Virus record (IMG/VR): IMGVR_UViG_3300020044_011308
Coordinates: 5,070 to 69,069 of that record
DNA length: 64,000 nt
Strand: one strand, 5' to 3'
DNA from: a virus
Taxonomy: Duplodnaviria > Caudoviricetes
Of the stretch, positions 25,898 through 35,769 are shown piece by piece (within the stretch, counting starts at the first letter, position 1; every line of letters begins with the position of its first letter). A model generated the notes under the pieces. It searched no databases, was not told where the DNA came from, and saw nothing but the letters and a program-made list of their open reading frames with translations. The position numbers and the translations under genes are program-made.

Positions 25898-28846
25898 TTA
25901 TCCTGTCACAGCCCATCCTTTTGCTGTTGCAATTGAGGGAGTATCATTTGCTGCTCCCCAGTTACCAGTAACCGTGATGGTTTTTCCTGCACCGGTTGCA
26001 GATGCATTAGTATAAATTTCATCTAATGCTGTTGAATCTAAATTATTGTTTGAAACATCAAAACTAGCATTCATTCCCGTAGCGCGCATTCTTTTTAAGT
26101 TATTTCCGCCAAAGGCACCAATAGTTGTACTAGAAGTCATATTTAATGCTGGGATTTCAATCATAGTACCGTTGGTGAACATTCCAGTAAAAGTAGTTCC
26201 ACGAGATGTGTCTATTAGTGGAATATTTTTTAGTGATGAGCATTGGGAGAATAAATTGGAAAAATCAGTTGCTCGAGATGTATTAAAACCACCAACAGTT
26301 GTTAATGAGGTGCAACTTGCAAACATACCACTTACAGATGTAGCTGCTGAAAGGTCTAAATAGGGTACTGATATTAATGATTGGCAACCATTAAACATGT
26401 TAGTTACACCTGTAGTAGTACATTTAGATAAATTAAAAAATGGTACATCTGTAAGTGCATTACAACTAGAAAACATATATTGCACATTAGTAGCTTCTCC
26501 TAAATCATAAGCAGGAGCTTTTAGTAATGCAGTACAACCATTAAACATAAAACTAAAATTTGTTCCTTTGGATGTGTTAAAAAATGGAAATTCTCGTATA
26601 AAAACACCGGAAAACATACTACTAAAATTAGTTCCATTAGAAGTTTCAAGTGGTGGAATAGATGCTAAGTTAGGACTACTACTAAACATACTACTAAAAT
26701 CTGTATTTCTAGCAAAATTTAATTGTGGTACAGATGTTAAGCTATTGCAAAAAGCAAATAATGATCCTGCGGTTGTCACATTTATTGTATCAAACGGTAG
26801 TACATTTACTAAACGTTTACATTGTTGAAACATTGCAGTTATATTTGTTAAACTTCGTGTATTTGTAAGTCTTGGGGAAATTTTAATTGCAGTATTGTTA
26901 AACATAAAACCAGCGTTTGTACATGCTGTAAGATCCATTGTTAATGGTACTGATTCTAATTGGTAGCAGTTGTTGAATGTTTGTGCAAAAGATGTAACTT
27001 TTGAAGTACTACCAATAAATTTAACTTGTTTTAAATTATAGCAATTTTGAAATGTGCCATTAAAAGTAGTGTTATTACTAGTATTTATGGGTGGGAGTGT
27101 TGGTAAAGAATAACAATTATTAAATGTATTTTGATAATTTGTACTAGCACTACTAAATGTAGCGGCTATTGATTGAAGATTGTTACATGCATTAAAAGTG
27201 GAGGTCCAAGTTGTTACTTTTTGAGAATTTAATAGTGTTATTGTTCTAAGATTAAAGCAACTGTTAAATGTTGAAATAGCACTTGTTGCGTTAGTCCAAT
27301 CTAATGGAGGTAGTTTTCTTAAATTAGGACAACTTGAAAACGTGGTGGAAAAGTTACTACCGCTTGTTGTATAAAGAGATACAACTTCTACTAAACTATT
27401 ACAATTATTAAAAACGTTTTGAAAATCTGTTATTCTATTTGACCCAGAATACTCAAATCTTTCTAACTCCTTTGGTATTAAGAAAGAAGCGCCACTAGAT
27501 CCTACCAATAGTGTTTGAACTTGATCACCGGCCATTTTAATTGATCTCCAACCACTAGTTCCTCCGTTAACTAAGGATCCTGTTGGTGGTGTTGGTCGAG
27601 TGGTAAGAGTAACAGAACTAAAACTTGTAGCACTGCCTGATAAGGTTACATTAATTAACGCTGGTTTGTATAACTCAGTAACTGAGTATATAGAGCTTGT
27701 TAAGGCTGCAAATGAAGCAGTTGTATATTGTTTTGACCCAGTTACATTTGAATTATAATTGTTTGAAGTACCATCCCCCCAATCAACTGAGTATCCTCCA
27801 CCTCCATTTGTTGAAATTTGTAAACCAACAAAATTTGAGTTATTGTTATAAACACCATACCATGCCACTATTTGATTATTAGATACTGCAGGTAGTGGTG
27901 GCAAACCGCCGCTTATGTTAATTGAGGGTGCAGTTGAAAAACGTGATGAACCAGATGTAACAGATATTGATGATACTGCATTTCCAGATAATACTGCAGA
28001 TGCTGATGTGTATTGTGGGGCTGATCCTTGTATTTGTACGGTTGGTGGTGTAGTGTATCCGCCACCCCCATTTGTAACACCAATAGAATCTATTCCGGCT
28101 ATAAGAGATGATGATATAACTGCTCCAGTACCAGTAGGAGTGGTTATTGTTAAAGTTGGGTTTGAAGTATATCCTCTACCATTACGTAATACCGGTACTA
28201 ATACAGCGTGTGTTCCTCCAGCTGCTAGCCCTCCACCGGTTACTGTTATTGTTGGAAAGGCTGATGTAATGTAATTGCTACCCGATGTTACTATTGTAAC
28301 AGATGTTACCTTTCCATTTGTTATTGCCGCTGACCCAGTTGCGGTTTTAAGGGGTCTCCAAGTAGGATTGGTTGTAGGGGTTGAAAAAGTTAATGTTGGT
28401 GCTGAGGTGTATGGTCCTCCTCCATCCGCTATAATTACATCTTGAATTGAGTAGAAGGGAGTAACTGCAGTTATAATACCGCTGCTAATAGTAGCTACAA
28501 ATGCTGCGGCATCTTCACCTCCTCCATTAGAAAAACTCATTGTAACGTTTAAGTTACTAGCAGGATATCCTGTACCACCACTGTATAATATCATATTAGA
28601 TATTGACCCGTTTGATAATGACGCGGTTGCAAGTGAACCAGAACCTCCACCGGTTGATATAGATTCAGTTAAAAGTGGTCTTGTATCAACAAACGTAGGA
28701 CTTGACATTAGATTTGTGTCATTAGAATATGCATCATATTGTGTAAGATATCTAGTATCAAAATTTTTATTTCTAGATATTATACCTTGATTATCAAGTC
28801 CTAGTGTTGGATTACCTATATATCCGTTATTGTCTTTTTTAGCCAT
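25898..28846 (-). CDS. Putative tail fibre/receptor-binding protein: GGxGY repeats plus BspA/DUF285-like LRR solenoid
   Basis: N-terminal repeats (GGTGY, GGGGYTTPPTV); C-terminal ~22-24-aa repeats T-x-x-T-x-F-x-x-MF-x-x-C-x-x-L. Confidence 0.75.
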   Translation of the reverse strand: MAKKDNNGYIGNPTLGLDNQGIISRNKNFDTRYLTQYDAYSNDTNLMSSPTFVDTRPLLTESISTGGGSGSLATASLSNGSISNMILYSGGTGYPASNLNVTMSFSNGGGEDAAAFVATISSGIITAVTPFYSIQDVIIADGGGPYTSAPTLTFSTPTTNPTWRPLKTATGSAAITNGKVTSVTIVTSGSNYITSAFPTITVTGGGLAAGGTHAVLVPVLRNGRGYTSNPTLTITTPTGTGAVISSSLIAGIDSIGVTNGGGGYTTPPTVQIQGSAPQYTSASAVLSGNAVSSISVTSGSSRFSTAPSINISGGLPPLPAVSNNQIVAWYGVYNNNSNFVGLQISTNGGGGYSVDWGDGTSNNYNSNVTGSKQYTTASFAALTSSIYSVTELYKPALINVTLSGSATSFSSVTLTTRPTPPTGSLVNGGTSGWRSIKMAGDQVQTLLVGSSGASFLIPKELERFEYSGSNRITDFQNVFNNCNSLVEVVSLYTTSGSNFSTTFSSCPNLRKLPPLDWTNATSAISTFNSCFNLRTITLLNSQKVTTWTSTFNACNNLQSIAATFSSASTNYQNTFNNCYSLPTLPPINTSNNTTFNGTFQNCYNLKQVKFIGSTSKVTSFAQTFNNCYQLESVPLTMDLTACTNAGFMFNNTAIKISPRLTNTRSLTNITAMFQQCKRLVNVLPFDTINVTTAGSLFAFCNSLTSVPQLNFARNTDFSSMFSSSPNLASIPPLETSNGTNFSSMFSGVFIREFPFFNTSKGTNFSFMFNGCTALLKAPAYDLGEATNVQYMFSSCNALTDVPFFNLSKCTTTGVTNMFNGCQSLISVPYLDLSAATSVSGMFASCTSLTTVGGFNTSRATDFSNLFSQCSSLKNIPLIDTSRGTTFTGMFTNGTMIEIPALNMTSSTTIGAFGGNNLKRMRATGMNASFDVSNNNLDSTALDEIYTNASATGAGKTITVTGNWGAANDTPSIATAKGWAVTG

Positions 28847-28853
28847 ATCGTTA

Positions 28854-31760
28854 TTACATTAAAAAATAAAACTGTGCTTCAACAGATGTTGTGTCACCTC
28901 CACCACCTCCACCATTTAATGCAAATGATGCCGTTAACGCGTATGAAGCACTTACAACAGTTCCACTAAAAAATGAAGCCGTTTGAGCATATGAAGCACT
29001 TACAACAGTTCCACTAAAAAATGAAGCCGTTTGAGCATTTTGAACGAATGATGCTGTTTGTGCATATGAAGCAGTTGTTACTGTGCCTTGCAATGACCCG
29101 GTAAATCCTGCAGTTGAAGTAATACTTCCACTAAATATTGCGGGACCTATGTTTGTAAATGTACCTGATCCAGATACTATTAAAGATCCTGTAATTTGTA
29201 CTTGAGAACCTGAAGCAAAGATTAGATTTGATCTAGTAGAGTTTGATGTACCATTTCCTACTATAAATGCACTTTGAGCTGATGATGATTGGTTAAATTG
29301 ACCTTGTACATGTTGATAATTTCCTTGTGCTATTGTGTTATTACCTTCTGCGTGTGAATAATATCCTTGTGCTAATGTACCATAACCTTCTGCGTGTGAA
29401 GCAAGTCCAATTGTTGTTGTAGATTCACCTTCTGCGTGTGAATAGTTTCCTATAGGATAATTAGCTCCTGCTGGTTGGGGAGTACCAAAAATACCTATAA
29501 CTAATGCAGTACTGGTTGTATCAATTGTAGTATCAAAAAGGGTTACTTCGGTATATTCATCAATTCCTCCAGTAATATATATTGATGATGAAACTTGAGC
29601 TTTAATTACGCTAGGTGTTCCATTAATGAGTCCAGCGGTATCATCGAATAATGCAAATGAACTTGAAGTAAAGATAGAAGTTAAATCACCATATGCTGGG
29701 GCTAATGAAAATACTCCTGCGGTTACACCAGTTGCTCCAGAAAAATAACCGTAGTATCCTGCTGTTGTAGTATTTCCTTGTGCGTGTGAAGCGTTTCCAT
29801 TTGTTACACCAGTACCTTGATTTAAAGAACCTTGTAGAGTTAAATAACCTTGAATTATTTGATTACTAGTAAAAGTGTTGGGAGATCCAACTAGTGCAAA
29901 TAATGAGGCATTTAAAACGGTTTGTGCAACTGTTGCATATGAAGCACTTATAGCATTTAAAACGTATGAAGCAGTTTGTGCTGTTCTTACAAATGAAGCA
30001 GTTGAAGCAAAGCTTGAACTTATAGCATTTTGAACATATGAAGCAGTTTGAGCATTTTGAACGTAAGATGCTGTTTGAGCATTTTGAACATATGAGGCCG
30101 TTTGAGCATTTTGAACGTAAGATGCTGTTTGAGCATTTTGAACGTAAGATGCTGTTGAAGCAAAACTTGAACTTATAGCATTTTGTACAAATGAAGCCGT
30201 TTGAGCATTTTGAACGTAAGATGCTGTTGAAGCAAAACTTGAACTTATTGCATTTTGAACGTAAGATGCTGTTTGAGCATTTTGAACATATGAGGCCGTT
30301 TGAGCATTTTGAACGTAAGATGCTGTTTGAGCATTTTGTACAAATGATGCTGTTGAAGCAAAGCTTGAACTTATAGCATTTTGAACGTATGAAGCCGTTT
30401 GAGCATTTTGGACATATGAGGCCGTTTGAGCATTTTGAACGTAAGATGCTGTTTGAGCATATGAAGCACTTACAACAAATGAAGCTGTTTGAGCATTTTG
30501 TACAAATGATGCTGTTGAAGCAAAGCTTGAACTTATAGCATTTTGGACATATGAAGCCGTTTGAGCATTTTGTACAAATGAAGCCGTTTGAGCATTTTGA
30601 ACGTATGAAGCCGTTTGAGCATTTTGAACAAATGAAGCCGTTTGAGCATATGAAGCACTTATAACAGTTCCATCAAAATATGAAGCCGTTAAAGCAAAAC
30701 TTGAACTTATAGCATTTATAGCATTTGATATTGAACCGCTAAAATATGAAGCAGTTTGTGCTATTTCAACATATGAAGCCGTTTGAGCATATGAAGCACT
30801 TATAGCATTTATAGCATTTGATATTGAACCGCTAAAATATGAAGCAGTTTGTGCTATTTCAACATATGAAGCACTTGTTGCGTATGATGCACTAGTAACT
30901 GATCCTAATAAAGTTTGAGCTGTTAAAGCATATGAAGCAGTTGTTGCATATGATGCACTTGCGGAGGAAGTAGGTAAAGATACATAATCCTGTGGAGAGA
31001 ATTTCATAATCCAATCACCTCCTGATGTTGTATTTTTATAGTAGGTATATCCTAAAACTCTAACTATATTTAGTGAGGATGTTGGGGGAGTACAGTCCAT
31101 TACACCTACTCCATTTTCTTGTAAATATATTGGGGCCCCTCCTATATGACCTGCTATATAAGGACCAAAAGTTCCATAATCATCATGTACTACTAATTCT
31201 CCTTCTAATAATACAAGATTACCCGGAAGCCAAATACCTAAAACATATGTAGCTTGGGTTGATTTTGTAGATACTGGGTTCCAAGTAAATGTATCTTTAT
31301 CATAGGCTACAACATTATATAAAGCGGCTGAGGATGAACCTTGAATTGTTTTTCCTGCATATGATGATGTTGCAGAAAAAATATTTTGAGTAATGTCTAC
31401 AATTTCACTTGTATAGTATACAGGAGAAATAAGATTTAAATCATTTTGCCAATTTAATACTCTATTACCACCTGTAGATACTAGGACTCTTCCTCCCCAA
31501 TCTATACTTCCAACACCATATTGATCTGTTAAATTTAAACTTTCCCAAGATAACACAGCAGTTCCTGCACGATTATATAAAAATCTATTAGTAGTATCAA
31601 TACCATCAATTACAGTACTTTGTAAAGTAATTACGTTTGTTGAAGGTATATTTTTTTCTGTAGAATATACATTAGGATCAGGAGAAAATTCAGTGGATCC
31701 ATTTTCGTTTATAGTTTGAACCCATTGAATTTGAATTATTCTTGAATTTTTTTCAGCCAT
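28854..31760 (-). CDS. Putative tail fibre/adhesin with AQTASYVQN repeats and SHAEG (YadA/Hep_Hag-like) repeats
   Basis: 968-aa ORF; visible repeats; TATTTATA upstream. Confidence 0.75.
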   Translation of the reverse strand: MAEKNSRIIQIQWVQTINENGSTEFSPDPNVYSTEKNIPSTNVITLQSTVIDGIDTTNRFLYNRAGTAVLSWESLNLTDQYGVGSIDWGGRVLVSTGGNRVLNWQNDLNLISPVYYTSEIVDITQNIFSATSSYAGKTIQGSSSAALYNVVAYDKDTFTWNPVSTKSTQATYVLGIWLPGNLVLLEGELVVHDDYGTFGPYIAGHIGGAPIYLQENGVGVMDCTPPTSSLNIVRVLGYTYYKNTTSGGDWIMKFSPQDYVSLPTSSASASYATTASYALTAQTLLGSVTSASYATSASYVEIAQTASYFSGSISNAINAISASYAQTASYVEIAQTASYFSGSISNAINAISSSFALTASYFDGTVISASYAQTASFVQNAQTASYVQNAQTASFVQNAQTASYVQNAISSSFASTASFVQNAQTASFVVSASYAQTASYVQNAQTASYVQNAQTASYVQNAISSSFASTASFVQNAQTASYVQNAQTASYVQNAQTASYVQNAISSSFASTASYVQNAQTASFVQNAISSSFASTASYVQNAQTASYVQNAQTASYVQNAQTASYVQNAQTASYVQNAISSSFASTASFVRTAQTASYVLNAISASYATVAQTVLNASLFALVGSPNTFTSNQIIQGYLTLQGSLNQGTGVTNGNASHAQGNTTTAGYYGYFSGATGVTAGVFSLAPAYGDLTSIFTSSSFALFDDTAGLINGTPSVIKAQVSSSIYITGGIDEYTEVTLFDTTIDTTSTALVIGIFGTPQPAGANYPIGNYSHAEGESTTTIGLASHAEGYGTLAQGYYSHAEGNNTIAQGNYQHVQGQFNQSSSAQSAFIVGNGTSNSTRSNLIFASGSQVQITGSLIVSGSGTFTNIGPAIFSGSITSTAGFTGSLQGTVTTASYAQTASFVQNAQTASFFSGTVVSASYAQTASFFSGTVVSASYALTASFALNGGGGGGDTTSVEAQFYFLM
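29930..30960 (-). repeat. Intragenic tandem repeats (27-nt AQTASYVQN units interspersed with AISSSFASTAS units)
   Basis: Near-identical units such as ttgagcattttgaacgtaagatgctgt recur; a longer SYVEIAQTASYFSGSISNAINAIS block is duplicated. Confidence 0.9.
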
Positions 31761-31766
31761 ATCACA

Positions 31767-31774
31767 TATAAATA
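31767..31774 (-). promoter_or_regulatory. Class II (late-type) motif TATTTATA
   Basis: Upstream of the fibre operon. Confidence 0.6.
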
Positions 31775-32788
31775 TTAATATGTCTTTGTGTTATCATCGT
31801 TTAATGAAGATAATTTGTTATTAAGAGTATTTAATGCTGAACTTCTAGAAGAGCTAGATCCTCTATTGCTATTTTGGATTCTGCTCATTTCCTCTATTAT
31901 ATTTTGTTTTTCTTGTTCAATAGCAGGGTCTGGTTGATATTCTTGAGTTATTGGAGTAGGTTTTGGTTCTCCATAAATGTTAAGTTTTGGTTTTAAATTA
32001 TTAAATGATTGATTTGTAGCAATTACAAGTATAATAGCTAATGGATCAAATACAAAAATAATAAGCAAAATAAATATATTTGCTGTTTTCTTAATAGGCA
32101 TTCCCGTAAGCTCACTTACATATTTAATAGCACCTAGTTCGTTTCCTAATTGAGATTTAGATTCCATATTTAACACCTGGATATCTAGGTTAGTTAAACT
32201 ATCGTTTAGTGCTTCTATTTTTGTAGATATTTTAGTTTTATTTTCTACAGCTAATGTTAATTGTGATTCAAATGCTTTACGATTTCCTGTATTTGCTTTG
32301 CTTATAACTTGACCTGTTTTTTTGTCTATGGTTTGGGTTGTAGTATTTGTTGAGAGTGCATTTCTAAGTTGTGAAATATCCTTGTCTAATGTATTTTTTT
32401 CTAAAGTATATTCTTTTTTAATTTCATTAAATCGATCTCTTTTTAATTGGACATTTGCAACCTCTTTTCCACCAATTTCAAGTTTAGATATATTTTCTTG
32501 AAATCCAGTAGTTAATAGTCCATAAATTCCTAGAGAAGTTATAAATGATAGAATTACTAAAGCAGTAGTTAAATACACTTTTAACATAGTGTATGTTTTT
32601 TTCCACTGGTCGTGTAAATATGTTGTAATTGCTATTTTAGATAACTCTAAAAATGAACCCATTATGATTACAGGAATAGCTACGCTTGCAAATAGGATTG
32701 ATAATCCCATAACGCTATAATAAGCGGCTGTTAAAGATAGTCCTACTGCACAAAACAGTAGGAACCAAGATAGTAGTTTTTGTTTCAT
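31775..32788 (-). CDS. Multi-pass membrane protein with long coiled coil
   Basis: Three N-terminal TM segments, coiled coil, C-terminal TM with IIFVFDPLAI. Confidence 0.8.
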   Translation of the reverse strand: MKQKLLSWFLLFCAVGLSLTAAYYSVMGLSILFASVAIPVIIMGSFLELSKIAITTYLHDQWKKTYTMLKVYLTTALVILSFITSLGIYGLLTTGFQENISKLEIGGKEVANVQLKRDRFNEIKKEYTLEKNTLDKDISQLRNALSTNTTTQTIDKKTGQVISKANTGNRKAFESQLTLAVENKTKISTKIEALNDSLTNLDIQVLNMESKSQLGNELGAIKYVSELTGMPIKKTANIFILLIIFVFDPLAIILVIATNQSFNNLKPKLNIYGEPKPTPITQEYQPDPAIEQEKQNIIEEMSRIQNSNRGSSSSRSSALNTLNNKLSSLNDDNTKTY

Positions 32789-32792
32789 AGAT

Positions 32793-32823
32793 AAAAAATA
32801 AGGAGGCTTTTTTAAGCCTCCAA
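32793..32823 (-). terminator. Hairpin terminator overlapping Class I promoter (TTG-N20-TATTTTTT-N4-ATG)
   Basis: GGAGGCTT-AAAA-AAGCCTCC stem followed by a T-rich tract. Confidence 0.7.
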
Positions 32824-32827
32824 ATAT

Positions 32828-33421
32828 TTATTTAATATCTGTTGATTCAATCAAAGTATATGTAAATGAGTTTCCATGGATATCTCTTGCTTTACGACAA
32901 ATTGCCATAAATTCTTCAAAATCCTTAGCTTTTTTAAATACTTGACATCCTTCTGACCAATTTTCTACATAAGTAGAATCAACTCCTGCTTTGTGGATAT
33001 TGATTCCAAATACACCTTCATCGATTTTTGTTTCATCAAACTTCATATCTTTATTAGCATCACGATATACTTTAACGTTTTTTGCTTGACCTAAAGCCTC
33101 GTATTTTCCTTGATGTAATCTAATAGTGTGTGATCCTCTGTATTGACCTTCTACTAAACGTGCAACACCACCTTTGTTATGAAATTCCATAACACCTTTT
33201 TTACCTGGGTCAGTTGTGTTTGTCCATTCTTTATATTGCCATTCGCCTCCTACTTTATAGGATACTGTAATAACATCGTCAAATACATTTGTTACTGTTT
33301 GTCCAGTTGCTGCGTTTCTAACACCTACGATGTTTACGTCATAATCTTTTGCTCCTTCAAACCAAACATATCCTTTTGATTTTACTGCTGCTTCTACTTG
33401 TTCTTTTGTGTACTTTGCCAT
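32828..33421 (-). CDS. Putative endolysin / peptidoglycan enzyme with L,D-transpeptidase (YkuD)-like motif
   Basis: GINIHKAG...NWSEGCQV matches the H-x14-S-x-G-C catalytic signature; downstream of holin-like genes. Confidence 0.65.
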   Translation of the reverse strand: MAKYTKEQVEAAVKSKGYVWFEGAKDYDVNIVGVRNAATGQTVTNVFDDVITVSYKVGGEWQYKEWTNTTDPGKKGVMEFHNKGGVARLVEGQYRGSHTIRLHQGKYEALGQAKNVKVYRDANKDMKFDETKIDEGVFGINIHKAGVDSTYVENWSEGCQVFKKAKDFEEFMAICRKARDIHGNSFTYTLIESTDIK

Positions 33422-33427
33422 TTTATT

Positions 33428-34027
33428 TTATTTATTTAATATTTGTGCACTTGGTGCTGTTACTGTTAAACATTTACCTATTGCATTGGATGTTATTGGT
33501 CCGTAATGCAGAAACCCAACTGGTAGTGATGTAGTTGAAGATTGTGTTTCAAAGTTTACATAGCCAACAACTCCACCTGTTGTCATTTCCCATGCAAAAC
33601 CAAAATCAGTATTTGGATTCCATGTTGTTGATGTTGAAACCCTAAAAGTTCCAACTACTACTCCTGTGCCAGTTGGTATAAGAGGGGCTGTTTCGTTGGT
33701 AAAGATATTTGTTGCTGAGGAAAAATTTAATTTTCTTTGTCCTGAGATATACGGTAAGTTAGTTGTTACTTTAGGCCAACCTAACCATGAAGGATCAGTA
33801 TTGTTATTTAATGCTTTCCAAGTTATAGTTCCTGTTGTTATCTTTGGGGAATGAACTCCACGAATAATTAAAGCATTTAGTTTAACTGCTGTTGTACCAG
33901 TGCTTGTTAACCGGATTTGAAAATCTGCAGTGTTTGTTGTTGAACCTAACCACTCCATGTCCATTTTAACTGATACTGTTGGAGCAATGTTAGTTAATTC
34001 TTGCAATCTTTGTTCTTTAAGGCTCAT
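33428..34027 (-). CDS. Beta-sandwich hypothetical protein
   Basis: 199-aa ORF, Thr/Gly-rich beta pattern. Confidence 0.65.
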   Translation of the reverse strand: MSLKEQRLQELTNIAPTVSVKMDMEWLGSTTNTADFQIRLTSTGTTAVKLNALIIRGVHSPKITTGTITWKALNNNTDPSWLGWPKVTTNLPYISGQRKLNFSSATNIFTNETAPLIPTGTGVVVGTFRVSTSTTWNPNTDFGFAWEMTTGGVVGYVNFETQSSTTSLPVGFLHYGPITSNAIGKCLTVTAPSAQILNK

Positions 34028-34632
34028 TTTTTTATTGGTTTTTTAATTGGTTTCTTTTTTCTTACTGGTTTTATAATTTCTTTTTTATCAAATCTAATTA
34101 AAACAACTAAACCTAATAGCAATAAAATTAAAAAATAAATGTATATGTTGAGTTCTAAAACCGCTCGTTGAAGTTTATTATTTGACTTTTCATAAGTTAC
34201 ATTTCTTAAATTTTCTATACTAGTAATAATTCTAGTTTTATAAGATAAATACTGATCTGTAAAAAATGCAGTGTCATTCATAGCGGCAAATGCTGGGGCT
34301 TCTATAATTGTTGCTAATTCGTTACTTAAACTCAAGCCTTCATTGTAGTAAATTAACCCTTCAGGTATAATATCAAACTTAAGTTGCTTTCTTCTTTCTA
34401 AGTGAGAATTAAACTCATTAATAAATTTTTCTTTGCCCGTAGCAGTATATGCTATTGCTAAATAGGTTAAACTGTCCGTAGATGTTCTTAAGTAATATGC
34501 TGTCTTTTTTCCACTATCTAACTCTACATGAGCATCTTCAATGTCTTTTATTGCTGACATTGATAACAATGCAGCTATTGCAACTGGTATTGAAACAAGC
34601 CAAAGCTTATTTTTTATTTTTTCTAAAATCAT
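34024..34632 (-). CDS. Two-TM protein with helical periplasmic sensor-like domain and basic tail
   Basis: TM - LRTSTDSLTYLAIAYTATGKEKFINEF...LSNELATIIEAPAFAAM...YLSYKTRI - TM - Lys-rich tail. Confidence 0.65.
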   Translation of the reverse strand: MILEKIKNKLWLVSIPVAIAALLSMSAIKDIEDAHVELDSGKKTAYYLRTSTDSLTYLAIAYTATGKEKFINEFNSHLERRKQLKFDIIPEGLIYYNEGLSLSNELATIIEAPAFAAMNDTAFFTDQYLSYKTRIITSIENLRNVTYEKSNNKLQRAVLELNIYIYFLILLLLGLVVLIRFDKKEIIKPVRKKKPIKKPIKK

Positions 34633-34970
34633 ACAACTTTCTTTTTGGTAACTGGTTTTTTTATGGTTTTTTTACGTGGTTTTTTAACTTCAGGTTGAGG
34701 GGCTACTTGATTTAAGAATTTATTACTTAATACTTCTACTAATTTTAATCCTAAGAATCCAACAATAAAAGCCAACCCATTTTGTAATTTAGCTTCTTTT
34801 AAATTAAGTAATTCAATCATTACGGGGGTAAGGTAGTTTGCGGCGGCCATACCACCAAAAATAGATAATATAGTTGATCTAATACCAGTTTCAGTATTTT
34901 TAGATGCCATTAAAATAGCTCCAAATAATCCACTGATTAAAAAACTTATAGTTATGCCTATTTCTTTCAT
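34629..34970 (-). CDS. Holin-like 3-TM protein
   Basis: Three hydrophobic segments and a strongly basic C-terminal tail. Confidence 0.6.
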   Translation of the reverse strand: MKEIGITISFLISGLFGAILMASKNTETGIRSTILSIFGGMAAANYLTPVMIELLNLKEAKLQNGLAFIVGFLGLKLVEVLSNKFLNQVAPQPEVKKPRKKTIKKPVTKKKVV

Positions 34971-34979
34971 AAACTTAAA

Positions 34980-35279
34980 TTACCATTTTTTTATAGTGCG
35001 AGTAACAGAAAAGCCTAATCTTAAATCAGGTTGTTTTGAATCAATCCAATAATTAGCTCCAGCCCATCCACCAAACGACCACTTACTTGTACTATAATTA
35101 ATATTTAAAGAAGTCCAGGTATTTGATTGGTATCTTGATACTGGTTTTTTTATAGTAGATACATTGATATAACCAACACTTCCACTTAAAGACCAAGGTT
35201 TTGGTTTTGGGGTACATATTTGAGTAAAAGATATGTAACTAAATAGAGTTAATATAATACATACTATTATTTTTTTCAT
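34980..35279 (-). CDS. Secreted small amphipathic beta-strand protein
   Basis: Signal peptide; about four alternating strands; terminal Trp. Confidence 0.6.
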   Translation of the reverse strand: MKKIIVCIILTLFSYISFTQICTPKPKPWSLSGSVGYINVSTIKKPVSRYQSNTWTSLNINYSTSKWSFGGWAGANYWIDSKQPDLRLGFSVTRTIKKW

Positions 35280-35280
35280 A

Positions 35281-35535
35281 TTATTCTTCTGTATTTTCTC
35301 CTTCTTTTTTACCCCAAATTTTATCTACCGATGCTAATCCTAAACATCCAAACGCTAACATTGCTACTGCGTTTACTAAAGTATCTGCAGGTTTAATATC
35401 TCCGTGAGTGTAGCTATTAGCATATAGTGTGATACATAAAGTAATACCACACAATATACCAATAAATCTTTTAGATGATGGAGATCCTTTTTCGTCTTTA
35501 AATAATCCTGTTATCCAATTAAGAATCTTTTTCAT
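35281..35535 (-). CDS. Holin-like 2-TM protein
   Basis: DEKGSPSSKRF followed by two TM segments. Confidence 0.55.
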   Translation of the reverse strand: MKKILNWITGLFKDEKGSPSSKRFIGILCGITLCITLYANSYTHGDIKPADTLVNAVAMLAFGCLGLASVDKIWGKKEGENTEE

Positions 35536-35539
35536 GGCT

Positions 35540-35728
35540 TTATTTTTTAATAGGAGTAACTACTTTTTTATTAATAATAGACCAGATAGCACCAGTTAAA
35601 GTTAAAGCACCACCAATGCACTCGGTTACAAGTGTTTCATCAACAAGACCTCTTGCTATAACTATACCACCAATAAATGTTAGAGTATGCCTTACAATAC
35701 CCAATAATTGTTCTTTAGATAATTTCAT
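35540..35728 (-). CDS. Holin-like 2-TM protein
   Basis: IVRHTLTFIGG...GAIWSIINK. Confidence 0.6.
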   Translation of the reverse strand: MKLSKEQLLGIVRHTLTFIGGIVIARGLVDETLVTECIGGALTLTGAIWSIINKKVVTPIKK

Positions 35729-35758
35729 AATTTTAATTTTAGTTTTAAATTAATTTAT

Positions 35759-35766
35759 TATACATA
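35759..35766 (-). promoter_or_regulatory. Class II (late-type) motif TATGTATA
   Basis: Upstream of the holin/lysin cassette. Confidence 0.55.
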
Positions 35767-35769
35767 TGT

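Noticed and set aside
29930-30960. Possible CRISPR array
   Set aside because: Repeats are contiguous, in-frame coding units with no unique spacers; the same applies to 60980-63610
25898-31760. Diversity-generating retroelement targeting the fibres
   Set aside because: No reverse transcriptase and no template/variable repeat pair differing at adenines seen in the window
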